Shown piece after piece: positions 29,201-38,348 of a DNA stretch of 64,000 nucleotides. This stretch comes from a virus (taxonomy: Duplodnaviria > Heunggongvirae > Uroviricota > Caudoviricetes): the IMG/VR virus record IMGVR_UViG_3300035502_000737, one strand, 5' to 3'. The notes under the pieces are model-generated. The model did not search any database. It saw only the letters and a program-made list of their open reading frames with translations, and was not told the origin of the DNA. The position numbers were made by a program, and so were the translations under genes. Positions within the stretch are counted from its first letter, which is position 1, and the number at the start of each line of letters is the position of its first letter.

Positions 29201-32200
29201 ATTACCGTCAAGGAGAAATTCGCACCGAATGAGGAAAGAGTGGATGCCGAAGACATTATTTTGGCTGCGAAATATGATTCTGTGGAAGACTTCAAGAATT
29301 TCATGAACAAGAACTGTTCAAGCAGATTCGGAAAGAACTACAAGACAGTTAATATTGTCAAGAAGACAAAGGATGTTTCCTTAAAGCTTATCATGAATGA
29401 GGAATCTGAGGCAGTATCTACCCTTACAAGGATGATTCTACAGTCTTGCATGGTTGTCAAGGGAAAGAAGTACATTGGAGGCTCAAGCAAAATATCAAGC
29501 GTGAGCAGAGGAATCCTTCAATCATATTTTGGCGGTTTCTTGGACGGTATCAACGAGGGGGCCAATGTGCAGACAAACGGCGATATTGCCTCCAATGCGG
29601 TGAATGAGTTTAAGACGAACGAGAAGCTGAAAATAGCCCTTTACAATTACCTCAAGATTATTTGGGACAAGTGGCTCAGCGGACGACCAAAGAACGGTGT
29701 TCAGACCGCATGGAACCTTGAGATTCTAAAGGATAGGTGGCATTATTTGGATTCTTTCTTCAACAAGTTGGACGATAGGTCAACTATCAATGTCTTTGAC
29801 TTGGTGAGTGACGTGAGAAATTCCTTGGCAAAGCAAGGATACAGCGCTTTGTCGTTGATGCAGATGACTTATGGTAGGAACAAGTACTTGCTGATGTGCA
29901 ACCAAAGCTTCCAAAGCATGATTGACCCCGAATTGATGAAGGATATGTTCAAGCCCATTCCGTTCAAGTCCATCGACTTCTCGAATGTGAGTGATGTTCC
30001 CGACTTCATCGTCATGTATACGAACGAGCCGTCGAAGTACCTTAACATAGAGAACGGTCCGACGAAGGATGACTCGTATATGATTGGAGGAGACGACCAA
30101 CAGTTGCCGAGGCAGATTACGACGAAGGTGGAAGGAAGGGGATATAAGATTCCAGCCTTCGGGGTCACTTATGGAGGACAGTACCAAAGTTACTTCAGCG
30201 ATGTGCAAGTGAGCATGGAGAACCCTCAAGTGACGGAGCAGTCCTTGATGGCGCAATTCCAAATCGCACAGTCCGCCTTGGGAGGGGAGAACGGTCAAGA
30301 CTACTATGCGGTAGGCCAAGACTTGTTCACCATCTATTCGAACATATCCTATACGTGTACGGTCACGATGATGGGATGCGCGTGGGTGCAGCCGTTGATG
30401 TATTTCCAACTGAACAATGTTCCGATGTTCAAGGGAACGTACTTGATACAGAAGGTCAAGCATTCGATTGAACCAGGCCGCATGACGACCGTCATCGTTG
30501 GAACCCGTATGGCGAAGACTTCCACACCGCTTGTCGAGAACGGTCTTATCCTCAAGAACAATACTCAGAGCGGATTGCCTACATCCTCTTGGATTGAGAC
30601 GGAGAATCACAATGCCCAACTGTCCAACGACTGTAGGTACAAGTTCTTCAACCCTCTTTCCGATTCAGACGGATGCGGAATGACGAGTTCGGACTTGGAA
30701 TCCACGGTGGATGATTATGGAAAGAACCACGGAGGGTGGAGATATTCCATCGGATGGGGAGGAAAGAAGATATATGAACTTTTGGCTGGCGTCATCGACA
30801 ACGAGGCACGCAACCAAGATGAGCTCGGAAAGCAGCTCGTTTGCACCGTCCTTTTCAACCGCTACAAGGCGTACGGAAGCAACCTTACCTCCATGTTCTA
30901 CAACAGCAAGCAGCATAACACCACGGAATGCACTCCGAGCGCGAGCAGTATTGCCATTGTGAAGGATATATTCACCAATACACCTTCCGTTCTTGTGGGG
31001 AAGAAGACCTATGTAAAGAATAGGGTTCCCATTTGGAAGGGAGGGAAAAACACGAAAACGGAAAGCTCGTCACTGACCATTACGTTGCATCAGTTGAAGT
31101 CAATCGACTCTTACTGTACGACGAACGGGTACAATACGAACTATCACAATCCAAGGACGGATGAGGACAAGAAGACGTTGGAACCCATTCCTACATCCAC
31201 TTACATTCCTTCTTGGCACAAGGGAGAATATATGTTACAGCATGACAGTGTAAATGCATATGGCCATGTGTTCTGTTCTGTTGGAGTCAATTCCTATAAG
31301 AGCGGAGCGGAGTATTGGAAGAACGAGTCGAAAAAGGGTAAAAATTCAAGCTCGAATCCATCTGTGGCTGCAAGGCAATTGTTTAACGCCATCAAGCAGA
31401 CCGTGGACTATTCAGATAGCATCACACTGAAAGACCTTAGCATGAGCGCTGATAAGAAGGGCAATGCGGACACCATATATATAACATGCTCGCCAACGAG
31501 CGGAATGTCACAAGTGTTTGACATTGTGTTGAACACTTATTCCGATTATGTGTCTGAGTTGTATTGGGTGGTGAAGCAGAGCGGTTCGGAGGAACCCACA
31601 AGGATACAGCTTAGGGCGGATTCCACAAGTGCGGACAAGGTGTTTGCGGTGGCAAAGATTGACAGTTCGAAGAGGAACGGAGTACAAGTCTTGAACCAAT
31701 GCGACGAATTGAATGAGGATTTCTTGAGGTCTCTGAAGAAGATGTACGGTGACTTGTCAAGCAAGGAGACTCTGTTCAAGTCGGAGTGCAGAAACTTCTC
31801 TTCCTTGACGTCAAAGGACAATTGGGTCAGTGAGGCGAAGAAGATTCTTGACGTGAATGTGACGGAGTGTGGAATGCAATCCAATTCGTTGCTTGACGGA
31901 AGCGACGTGTTCAGTTGGAAAGGCTCCGACAGCCTTCAGAACACGGCTAGTCCGATGAGCGCGAGCGGAACGTACAATCCAAGCGGCGCTGCAAGCTACG
32001 CTAGGAACCATTCATTGGCCAAGTCACAGCACAAATGCGCCGCTTATGTAAGGGACGCCATCATAAACGGAGGGAAGCTGAACTTGCAGTCATATCCAAT
32101 CTCAGCATGCAGATATGTGCAGCATTTGCCCAAATGGGGATTCAAGGTTGTGCATAGCGGTGTGGCTGGGGATAGCTTCTCCGACTTCAAGGAGGGTGAC

Positions 32201-32365
32201 ATCTCCGTCATCGCTGGCACTCAGAACGGTCCAACCTCCGTCCACGGCCACATTCAGATTTACTCAAGCGACGGCGGATGGTATTCCGATTACCGAGACA
32301 CCAAGGTTTGGTGCTACAATTCTCCAAAAGGACGCCCTTATGTGGTCTTCAGATTTGGAAGTTAA
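26270..32365 (+). CDS. Baseplate hub / tail-associated lysin with SleB-like hydrolase and C-terminal CHAP/NlpC-like amidase
   Basis: 2031 aa; FGINSIDIEYN...P.VTI.F.DIRG.SLF and PLMYFQL.NVPMF.G.Y.I.KV.H.I hub motifs; LAGVIDNEAR...VC.VLFNR; KCAAYVRDAI...GDI.V...HGHIQIY...W.SD. Confidence 0.75.
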   Translation: MANNNVLYYEPNETASLSLRNKDGQFGIVRQAPPMEDYCVVVDLQVEVPKRPKCASVTTGDTVLYVRYSSAKDGDARISFNKGTTFEGSQNSYMTSLPTELGTFLDIDSTRASGTNSEMFGINSIDIEYNQYMVPVVTIRFTDIRGMSLFGSEDLRHNRTVGGIDNSANAEIAGSFFKCFFTFPYPRFKIIVKGFYGQPIAYELTCSDFRASFEASTGNFGATAKFIGYTFSVLNDLTLSSLLATSNSQYFGGSYWANHPDKFVFSDGTLMPTFMQLMVNVGQMSKKLGKAEESGELIDIQNKSTKLSNVQNALDAYYGTLVAYLANKLHKTSGSRNIYGDFSESVEGLAKVTVPRDVTNAYNLLKDALNSFYDTNVPKPTAYGETKQPNDFKNESDYSKYSNCYSFLGNELQDYLTRNMTKVAQDLVVKQKEVADATNESITKLIGFKPTVKNVTELILAHVDTLVNEIYACAEEVHNGYDTSATYRVDEVDGTRTYCAFPSVTKTVVDNGVTKEEQAWIGELDANAPEAKLVDSLLRATHDIEDITEKAAANVESSEFDGSKALGMNVTVPLIPSDILGTSNPYEGMDIDDIDDFCGTVALRGFIVCSTLYTLPNFAKECGYCDAKNFLKAFPNVSESFKKKVGDNGIISSKTLFNHLWELNNKANSLTKQDCIWNTNNYKYNHLLSNKGGSAYPSEYFQDTNKRMMLPLTHPKWSEFHDTVLSSNGNVGDMQALTQGVDGINKNVFYVDLDIEKYKNYKSDSGYDKVDELFDNLTFDSEEMQGFYENTLNENKTLLCYKASSDGYKGSYQDSMVNSLVGIVGNSGESNKLFAYSLGGYKDGYLYEGTSIFGQEDYYENIKNGNKTLAMLFLNTFDWDYKKFSDFLKGQSNYMYFPYLMLLTIGGYYYRKNKSITFYDGLDFKYGLRKTSYRIHSGTYYLDSLYDADDATQQTLMKMFEEWAEGDFVTLVRNEFEITVKEKFAPNEERVDAEDIILAAKYDSVEDFKNFMNKNCSSRFGKNYKTVNIVKKTKDVSLKLIMNEESEAVSTLTRMILQSCMVVKGKKYIGGSSKISSVSRGILQSYFGGFLDGINEGANVQTNGDIASNAVNEFKTNEKLKIALYNYLKIIWDKWLSGRPKNGVQTAWNLEILKDRWHYLDSFFNKLDDRSTINVFDLVSDVRNSLAKQGYSALSLMQMTYGRNKYLLMCNQSFQSMIDPELMKDMFKPIPFKSIDFSNVSDVPDFIVMYTNEPSKYLNIENGPTKDDSYMIGGDDQQLPRQITTKVEGRGYKIPAFGVTYGGQYQSYFSDVQVSMENPQVTEQSLMAQFQIAQSALGGENGQDYYAVGQDLFTIYSNISYTCTVTMMGCAWVQPLMYFQLNNVPMFKGTYLIQKVKHSIEPGRMTTVIVGTRMAKTSTPLVENGLILKNNTQSGLPTSSWIETENHNAQLSNDCRYKFFNPLSDSDGCGMTSSDLESTVDDYGKNHGGWRYSIGWGGKKIYELLAGVIDNEARNQDELGKQLVCTVLFNRYKAYGSNLTSMFYNSKQHNTTECTPSASSIAIVKDIFTNTPSVLVGKKTYVKNRVPIWKGGKNTKTESSSLTITLHQLKSIDSYCTTNGYNTNYHNPRTDEDKKTLEPIPTSTYIPSWHKGEYMLQHDSVNAYGHVFCSVGVNSYKSGAEYWKNESKKGKNSSSNPSVAARQLFNAIKQTVDYSDSITLKDLSMSADKKGNADTIYITCSPTSGMSQVFDIVLNTYSDYVSELYWVVKQSGSEEPTRIQLRADSTSADKVFAVAKIDSSKRNGVQVLNQCDELNEDFLRSLKKMYGDLSSKETLFKSECRNFSSLTSKDNWVSEAKKILDVNVTECGMQSNSLLDGSDVFSWKGSDSLQNTASPMSASGTYNPSGAASYARNHSLAKSQHKCAAYVRDAIINGGKLNLQSYPISACRYVQHLPKWGFKVVHSGVAGDSFSDFKEGDISVIAGTQNGPTSVHGHIQIYSSDGGWYSDYRDTKVWCYNSPKGRPYVVFRFGS

Positions 32366-32385
32366 AGAAAAAATGCATATCTTTG
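32354..32385 (+). promoter_or_regulatory. Bacteroidota housekeeping-sigma promoter
   Basis: TTTG (32354-32357), 20-nt spacer, TATCTTTG (32378-32385). Confidence 0.75.
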
Positions 32386-32412
32386 CACCGTAGTTATAAT
32401 AGCAGCAAACAA

Positions 32413-33015
32413 ATGCGTACATTAGGATATATCGTATCAAAAAGGAAAGTAAATGATTGTGTCGGCTTTGTCTCTGTCGTTTCTGACATTTCCAAGGTTG
32501 AGGACAGAACATTGCCGACACTCATTGTAGGAATAGAGGAGGCCAAGAAGTACAGAAAGGACTTTTCCATCCTTGACAAGAGGCTTGGAGGAAACTTATT
32601 TTGGACGTTCGGGAAGACAGAGAAACGTTCCGACTACGAGTACGACATCAATAGGTTCTTCTGCCATATCATGGACAATGAGATTGGGAAAATCAGATAT
32701 TATTATGTGAACCCTTTTAAGTTGAAGTTCTCCAAGGCAAAGGCGTTGCTCAACATTGTATTCAACGAGAAGGACAAGTACGTATTCGTGGACAAGAGCA
32801 TGATATACATATATTATAACAACTATGTCTTGGGGGTGTCCACGCAAGTGTGTGAGTACATCGGAATCGGGAAGGAAAAGATACTGAAGCTCGTCAAATC
32901 CAACAAGAGCAACAAAATCTGTTACAACGATTCATTCCTTGACTCGAATTTCAAGAAAATAATTAGTGACAAGAAGTACGCTACTGCATATTGCTATATG
33001 CTTAGCCTTTCATAA
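32413..33015 (+). CDS. Hypothetical protein
   Basis: ATG 32413 just downstream of the promoter; LPTLIVG...FWTFGKTEKR. Confidence 0.7.
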   Translation: MRTLGYIVSKRKVNDCVGFVSVVSDISKVEDRTLPTLIVGIEEAKKYRKDFSILDKRLGGNLFWTFGKTEKRSDYEYDINRFFCHIMDNEIGKIRYYYVNPFKLKFSKAKALLNIVFNEKDKYVFVDKSMIYIYYNNYVLGVSTQVCEYIGIGKEKILKLVKSNKSNKICYNDSFLDSNFKKIISDKKYATAYCYMLSLS

Positions 33016-33017
33016 GA

Positions 33018-33443
33018 ATGATAATGGAGAATAAGGAAATAAAGAAAGTACTGATAGGTACATTCGTGGACAAATGCGAGATAATATCTTTCATCGAGCA
33101 AGTGAAGGAAAGGTTTTGTGTCAATGATGACGCGTTTTTGCTATATCATATAAATGAAGACAAGAATGTGATTTTGGCTATGTTTTTAGGCGAAAGAAAT
33201 TACATGCAAGACTATTTGATGGGTGGTTCTATTATTATGTTCATCGCACACGGCTAAATTTTCACATATAACGGTTACAATAGGCTTGCACAGCTTGAAC
33301 ACGGAGATGAAAACACCACTTTGAAGCCGAATTTGGACTATTTAGGCAAAAATAAGTTGGTCACTTTGAGTAGAGGGAGGCTTCAAATCTTCACTATTGA
33401 AAAAATAAAAGGCCTAAAAGCTGAAATTTCTCAAGAGCCGTGA
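33018..33443 (+). pseudogene. Hypothetical gene interrupted by a single in-frame TAA (33255-33257)
   Basis: After HG-TAA the same frame stays open for 61 codons (IFTYNGYNRLAQLE...KNKLVTL...) to TGA at 33441, with no ATG restart. Confidence 0.55.
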
Positions 33444-33450
33444 TATTTAT
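33444..33450 (+). promoter_or_regulatory. TATTTAT motif, putative late promoter
   Basis: 23 nt upstream of ATG 33474. Confidence 0.55.
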
Positions 33451-33473
33451 AATAAAATCGATTGTACTGCAAC

Positions 33474-33761
33474 ATGGCGCGTTTTATCACAAAAAGACAA
33501 AATGTAAGACCTTTGCAGAAGCGTAATTTCCAAATTCCGCGCGTTAAGGATGAAGAAGTTGCTGTTGCAGAGGAAACAAAAGAAGAAACAAACGAAGGAG
33601 AGGTTATGGATACGAAAGAAAAGATATTGGCTGCGTCTGAGATTCTCAGCGAACCTACCAACAAGGTGAAGAAACTGAAGAAGGAAAAAGGCCTCATCGA
33701 GAAGATGGAGAGCGCTAAGACCATTCTGACGGAAGACAACAAGGAGCTTTTGGCTGACTGA
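33474..33761 (+). CDS. Small charged hypothetical protein
   Basis: ATG 33474 in frame with the track ORF; KKLKKEKGLIEK...ILTEDNKELL. Confidence 0.7.
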   Translation: MARFITKRQNVRPLQKRNFQIPRVKDEEVAVAEETKEETNEGEVMDTKEKILAASEILSEPTNKVKKLKKEKGLIEKMESAKTILTEDNKELLAD

Positions 33762-33784
33762 CATAAACACATTGGCAAGGAAAT

Positions 33785-34609
33785 ATGAATAAAGAGTTGC
33801 TAAAGGAAAACAAGTTTGCGGAAGCTCACAAGCAGTTCATGCGTCTTTGTGAGTGGTCTTATGTCCCACAGAGTCTTGAGGAGGAAGGGGATGACGACGA
33901 TATCCAAGAACCGCAAGGAGGAGGGATGCCCCAAGACGGAGGCGGTGATATTCCACAAGGTGGTGGAGGAATGCCCCAAGATGGCGGAGGACTTGGCCAA
34001 GACCCAATGGGCGGAGGCGGTATGCCGCAAGGAGGACAAGACGCACAAGGAGGTGAAATGCCTCCACAAGACCCGAATATGGGTGGGGGAGAAATGCCTA
34101 CCGCCGTGGACGACGCTCCGTTGGATGATGACTTGGGAGGCGACGAGGAAGAGGACGATGTCCTTGACGTGGATGAACTGACCGACGCCCAAGAGAAGAT
34201 GAACGGAAAGGTGAATCATGTGGGGCAGAAGCTCGGAAACGTGGATGACAAGATTCAAGCGCTGATGGCATCCCTTGAGAAGGTGGAACAGATGATTGAC
34301 GCAAACAACCAAGAGATTTCGGATTTCAAGCAAGAGTTCGAGAAGAGGAACCCCACGCAGACGGAGAAACTGAACCTACGCTCGTTGGACTCTTATCCGT
34401 TCAACATCAATCCCAAGGATTATTGGGCGGAGAAGGGTATTGACCCGAACAGCAATTACGTGGGCTATTCCGACAACAGCGAGCCCACCACACAAGAGTA
34501 CGAGATTACGAACAGTGACGTGGACGACTTTGACGAAAGGTCCGTGGAGCAGTCGTTCGATATCGAGGACGAGCTGAACCAAGATTTGAAGAAGATTTTC
34601 GGCTTATAG
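33785..34609 (+). CDS. Acidic protein with Gly/Pro/Gln/Met low-complexity repeats and a coiled coil (scaffold/core-like)
   Basis: PQGGGMPQDGGG repeats at about 33910-34100; coiled coil; LRSLDSYPFN motif; LLKE site near the N-terminus. Confidence 0.7.
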   Translation: MNKELLKENKFAEAHKQFMRLCEWSYVPQSLEEEGDDDDIQEPQGGGMPQDGGGDIPQGGGGMPQDGGGLGQDPMGGGGMPQGGQDAQGGEMPPQDPNMGGGEMPTAVDDAPLDDDLGGDEEEDDVLDVDELTDAQEKMNGKVNHVGQKLGNVDDKIQALMASLEKVEQMIDANNQEISDFKQEFEKRNPTQTEKLNLRSLDSYPFNINPKDYWAEKGIDPNSNYVGYSDNSEPTTQEYEITNSDVDDFDERSVEQSFDIEDELNQDLKKIFGL

Positions 34610-34687
34610 CGAGATAAAGAATAAACAATTGATTATCAATTAAATACAAGTTTTCTGGAGGAAACATCAAAAATTTCCTCCTTAAAA

Positions 34688-34719
34688 TTTGCTTTTTGAA
34701 AAATTTTCCTATATCTTTG
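34688..34719 (+). promoter_or_regulatory. Bacteroidota housekeeping-sigma promoter
   Basis: TTTG (34688-34691), 20-nt spacer, TATCTTTG (34712-34719). Confidence 0.75.
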
Positions 34720-34778
34720 CGATGAAGGAACGAAGGTAATTACCATGAAAATATATACTTTAAATTTTTAATAATAAA

Positions 34779-35771
34779 ATGGCTTATTTTGGAGTTAACA
34801 TCGGCGCGGATGATGTCCGTCGCCAACAAGAAGAATTAAAATCTAGAACGAAGAACACAACCTACAATTCAAACAACTACCTTGACGACAAGATTGCCGA
34901 AGGACAAAGCGAGAAGAGCATGACCATCCGACTGCTTCCCTTCACAAGTGAGGGAGGAAGTCCATTCAAGAAGGTTTATATGCATTTCGTGAAGGTTCCC
35001 AAGGATGTCAGTTCTAACGGATGGAAGAAATTTGTATGCAAGGAACGGAATGGCTTGGGTGAGAAGTGCCCATTCTGCGAGACTTCTCGTCAAGCCTACA
35101 AGGAAGCGGATGCAGTCGAGCCTTCCGAAGAACAGAAAAAGAAGATGCTTTCCGAGGTGGGACATTCCTACAGAGCGTCTGAGTTTTGGGTCGTCCGTTG
35201 CATCGAGAGAGGAAAGGAATCTGAAGGTGTCAAGTTTTGGATGTTCTCGCACAACAGAAAGGGCGAGGGTATTTATGACAAAATCATCAACATTTTCAAC
35301 GAGAGAAGCAAGAAGGGAAAGAATATCTTCGATATAAACGAGGGAAAGGACTTGAATATCAAGGTGACGAGGAACTCATTGGGGAAACGTGCGTTCCAAA
35401 TCACGGATGATGACGAGTACACCCCTCTGACAACCAACTATGAGCTTGGAATGTCATGGATTAACGATGCGAAGCAGTGGTCGGACCTTTGGAAACCGAA
35501 GAGCGACGAGTACATGCAGATTATCATCAATGGCGGCGTCCCTTATTGGAACAAGGAGGAAGGCGGATACATTGATAAGCGAGTTCTTGACAAGAAGGCG
35601 GAGGACGAAGCGAGGGCTGATGTGGAGCAAGCGTTTAATATTGACCTAAGCGGCGAGGAAATCGACCTCAGCCAAGTCAGCTTGAAAAACCAAGCTCCTA
35701 CATTGACTGTTACAAAACCGCAGCAAGAAATCTCATTGGCCAATAGTTACGGAGACGACGTGCCTTTCTGA
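34779..35771 (+). CDS. Single-stranded DNA-binding protein (T4 gp32-like)
   Basis: IRLLP...SPF...HF...C......CPFCE...G.YDKI...IFD..EGKDL.IKV; acidic C-terminal DDVPF. Confidence 0.85.
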   Translation: MAYFGVNIGADDVRRQQEELKSRTKNTTYNSNNYLDDKIAEGQSEKSMTIRLLPFTSEGGSPFKKVYMHFVKVPKDVSSNGWKKFVCKERNGLGEKCPFCETSRQAYKEADAVEPSEEQKKKMLSEVGHSYRASEFWVVRCIERGKESEGVKFWMFSHNRKGEGIYDKIINIFNERSKKGKNIFDINEGKDLNIKVTRNSLGKRAFQITDDDEYTPLTTNYELGMSWINDAKQWSDLWKPKSDEYMQIIINGGVPYWNKEEGGYIDKRVLDKKAEDEARADVEQAFNIDLSGEEIDLSQVSLKNQAPTLTVTKPQQEISLANSYGDDVPF

Positions 35772-35808
35772 GAAGGTGTGGTCGTATGATATCTGTTCAT
35801 ACATTAGT

Positions 35809-35860
35809 GGAGAAGGCGTTACGCATTAAAATACGTTAGTAATTGCCTTCTCCCTTTTTT
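35809..35860 (+). terminator. Intrinsic terminator
   Basis: ggagaaggc / gccttctcc followed by a T-run. Confidence 0.6.
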
Positions 35861-35904
35861 AACTTTTGTTTTTTAATTGTTAATAACTTAATTATTTGAA
35901 TATT

Positions 35905-37101
35905 GTGAAACAAGCGATTAAGAAGAAGGAAGCGTTGAAGAAACCGACAGCGAGCGATATCAAGGCGAAGTTGGGGATGTCGGTAAGTGTAAATAACTTG
36001 GAAACAGCGAATGCGGACAAGCCGATGGACTTCATTCCGTTGCCAGAGGCGTTTGAGAATGCGCTTAAGCTCCCAGGGATTCCGCAAGGCTATACCTCTA
36101 TCATCACGGGTTGGTCCAATACGGGTAAGTCAACCATCAAGAATGCCATCATTGCCTCATGCATCAATAATGGGATTCTTCCCGTCATCTTCGAGACTGA
36201 GAACAACTTTGACTTCCAATATGCGATGGATTGCGGTGTGAAAGCCACGCCCGTTTATGGAGAGGTTGAAGTGGAAAGAGTTGACGAGGAGACGGGAGAG
36301 GTTTTCCTTGATACGGAGGAAAGAATCATCGACTACAGCGGAGAGTTTCTTTATTTTGATAACAAGACTCTTTGCGCACAGTTCGGTGACAATGACTATT
36401 CCACGGGAAAGAAGCTGAAGACAAAGAGAAAGGAAGCCGTTCTTGAGGACATCGCTTATGCTATGAATTCCATCATGGACATGCAAGCGAACGGGGATAT
36501 CCAACAGTCAATCTGTTTCATTTGGGACTCCATCGGCTCCATCGGCTCTTTCAAGTCATTGGCCTCGAAGGTCGGAAACAACATGTTTGACGCTGGAGCC
36601 ATCTCTGCCGCTTTCAATTCCATCCTCAACGCTCGTATTCCCACCTCTAGAAAGGTCTCCGAACCTTACTTCAACACCTTTGTCTGCGTGAACAAGATTT
36701 GGAACGATTCGATGAACTCTGCGATGGGTCTTCCGTCCATTGAGCTGAAGGGAGGAAAGACCTTCTATTACGGAGCGCGTCTTATCATCCACCTTGGAGG
36801 TGTTGCGAAGGCTGCCACAAAGAAGCTGACGGCCACCGCAAAGGGACAGACGTACAACTACGGCATCATCAGCAAGATTAAGGTGACGAAGAACCAACTT
36901 CCTACCCCTTATAACATTACCTATGAGGGAGAGGTCGCATGTGTGCACAACGGACTGTGTGTTCCCGAAAAAATCGAGGACTACAAGAAGACATACATGA
37001 AAGAAATTTTGGACGGCATCACAAAACGCTCGGATGCCAAGGTGGAGATTTCCGAATCGGACATCTCTTTCTCTGAAGAGGAAGGCGAAAGTGAACTTTG
37101 A
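35905..37101 (+). CDS. uvsX: RecA/UvsX-like recombinase
   Basis: Walker A GWSNTGKS, Walker B FIWDSIGS, ELKGGKTFYYGAR...KVTKN; no ATG, start probably GTG 35905 (or TTG 35896). Confidence 0.9.
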   Translation: MKQAIKKKEALKKPTASDIKAKLGMSVSVNNLETANADKPMDFIPLPEAFENALKLPGIPQGYTSIITGWSNTGKSTIKNAIIASCINNGILPVIFETENNFDFQYAMDCGVKATPVYGEVEVERVDEETGEVFLDTEERIIDYSGEFLYFDNKTLCAQFGDNDYSTGKKLKTKRKEAVLEDIAYAMNSIMDMQANGDIQQSICFIWDSIGSIGSFKSLASKVGNNMFDAGAISAAFNSILNARIPTSRKVSEPYFNTFVCVNKIWNDSMNSAMGLPSIELKGGKTFYYGARLIIHLGGVAKAATKKLTATAKGQTYNYGIISKIKVTKNQLPTPYNITYEGEVACVHNGLCVPEKIEDYKKTYMKEILDGITKRSDAKVEISESDISFSEEEGESEL

Positions 37102-37143
37102 AAATATTTCGTAAATAGATTATATGCATTGTTACTAATTGGG

Positions 37144-37177
37144 TTGCGCTTGGCTGTGAAGTTAGGCGCAATTTTTT
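37144..37177 (+). terminator. Intrinsic terminator
   Basis: ttgcgc...gcgcaa hairpin followed by a T-run. Confidence 0.6.
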
Positions 37178-37242
37178 AACCTTTCATTCCTTGCTTTATC
37201 CGTAGGTTCTCATATACTGAATGTGATAAACACTGACAGTTC

Positions 37243-37857
37243 ATGGAGAGCAAACTGAGAAAAAATGACGAGGCGATGACAGAGGTAATATCCACCTTGT
37301 TGGACAATGTATTTTACACCAAACATACGGAAAACTTTGAAAGAGTGAATGACAAGATGCGGCAAGTCAGCGGAATCGACGTCATCTTTACTTATGATGG
37401 GTTCGAGTACGTTTGTGATGAGAAAGCTGCCATCCACTATATCAACAAGGTGCTTCCCACATTCTCGCTTGAGCTTTCATTCATTGATAGAAAGGACAAC
37501 TTGCATGACGGTTGGCTCATTGATGAGGGCAAGGTGAACAATTCCTTCCTATTCGTTTGGATTGACAAGGCGAAGAAGGATAATGTGGATTCGCCGAGTG
37601 ATGTGGAGAAGATGGAATTCGCCTTGGTAAGGAGGGACAAGATAGTTGGATATCTCGAAAGCCTTGGATGGACGAAGGAAAGACTGTTGCAGAAGACGGT
37701 CAACTTGAGGAACAATCCAAGGGAGCCGAGAGGGGACTTGGAGAGGAACGGGTGCAGATTCAACGTGAGTCCGCAGTTGGTTGAAAATCCAGTTAACGTA
37801 TTGATTAAGAGAGATAAGCTGATAGAATTAAGTGACCTTAAAGGAAATTTTGAATGA
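37243..37857 (+). CDS. Putative PD-(D/E)xK nuclease-fold protein
   Basis: QVSGIDVIF...YVCDEKAA fits the D...(D/E)xK pattern. Confidence 0.5.
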   Translation: MESKLRKNDEAMTEVISTLLDNVFYTKHTENFERVNDKMRQVSGIDVIFTYDGFEYVCDEKAAIHYINKVLPTFSLELSFIDRKDNLHDGWLIDEGKVNNSFLFVWIDKAKKDNVDSPSDVEKMEFALVRRDKIVGYLESLGWTKERLLQKTVNLRNNPREPRGDLERNGCRFNVSPQLVENPVNVLIKRDKLIELSDLKGNFE

Positions 37858-38330
37858 TTATGGGGACGAATTTTTACGTAAAGAGAAAGCTGAAGACAGA
37901 GGATGAGGTGAACGGCATGAAGTACCTTCAGAATGGGGATTATGCCGAGTTGAAGGACTTGATGGATGAGAAAATGAAACCCGTCCACATCGGGAAGTCA
38001 TCTTGTGGGTGGCAGTTCCTATTCAATTGGAATCTCGGAAAGTATTACGACGCAAACAGACAGTCCATCAAGGAATACTTGGAAAAGAGCGACGGATTGT
38101 ATGATGAGTATGGAGAACCGATGGACTTGGACGAGTTTTGGAAAATGGTGGATTCGAAGAAGGATTTGCTCAATGGAAAGAAGGCGTATGAGGCTGCTGA
38201 CGAGAACGAAAGGGCGTCCATGATTATGTGGGGCGATTACTGTGACAAGATTTATGAGCAGTTCAACCCCGAATTCCATGATTTCGAGTCGGACGGATTG
38301 AGATTCGCTACTTCGGATTACTTCAGTTAA
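37854..38330 (+). CDS. Hypothetical phage protein (HIGKSS.GW.F motif)
   Basis: MGTNFY...HIGKSSCGWQFLF...DEYGE...FS. Confidence 0.7.
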   Translation: MIMGTNFYVKRKLKTEDEVNGMKYLQNGDYAELKDLMDEKMKPVHIGKSSCGWQFLFNWNLGKYYDANRQSIKEYLEKSDGLYDEYGEPMDLDEFWKMVDSKKDLLNGKKAYEAADENERASMIMWGDYCDKIYEQFNPEFHDFESDGLRFATSDYFS

Positions 38331-38348
38331 CCTATTGAAATTTTTTAT

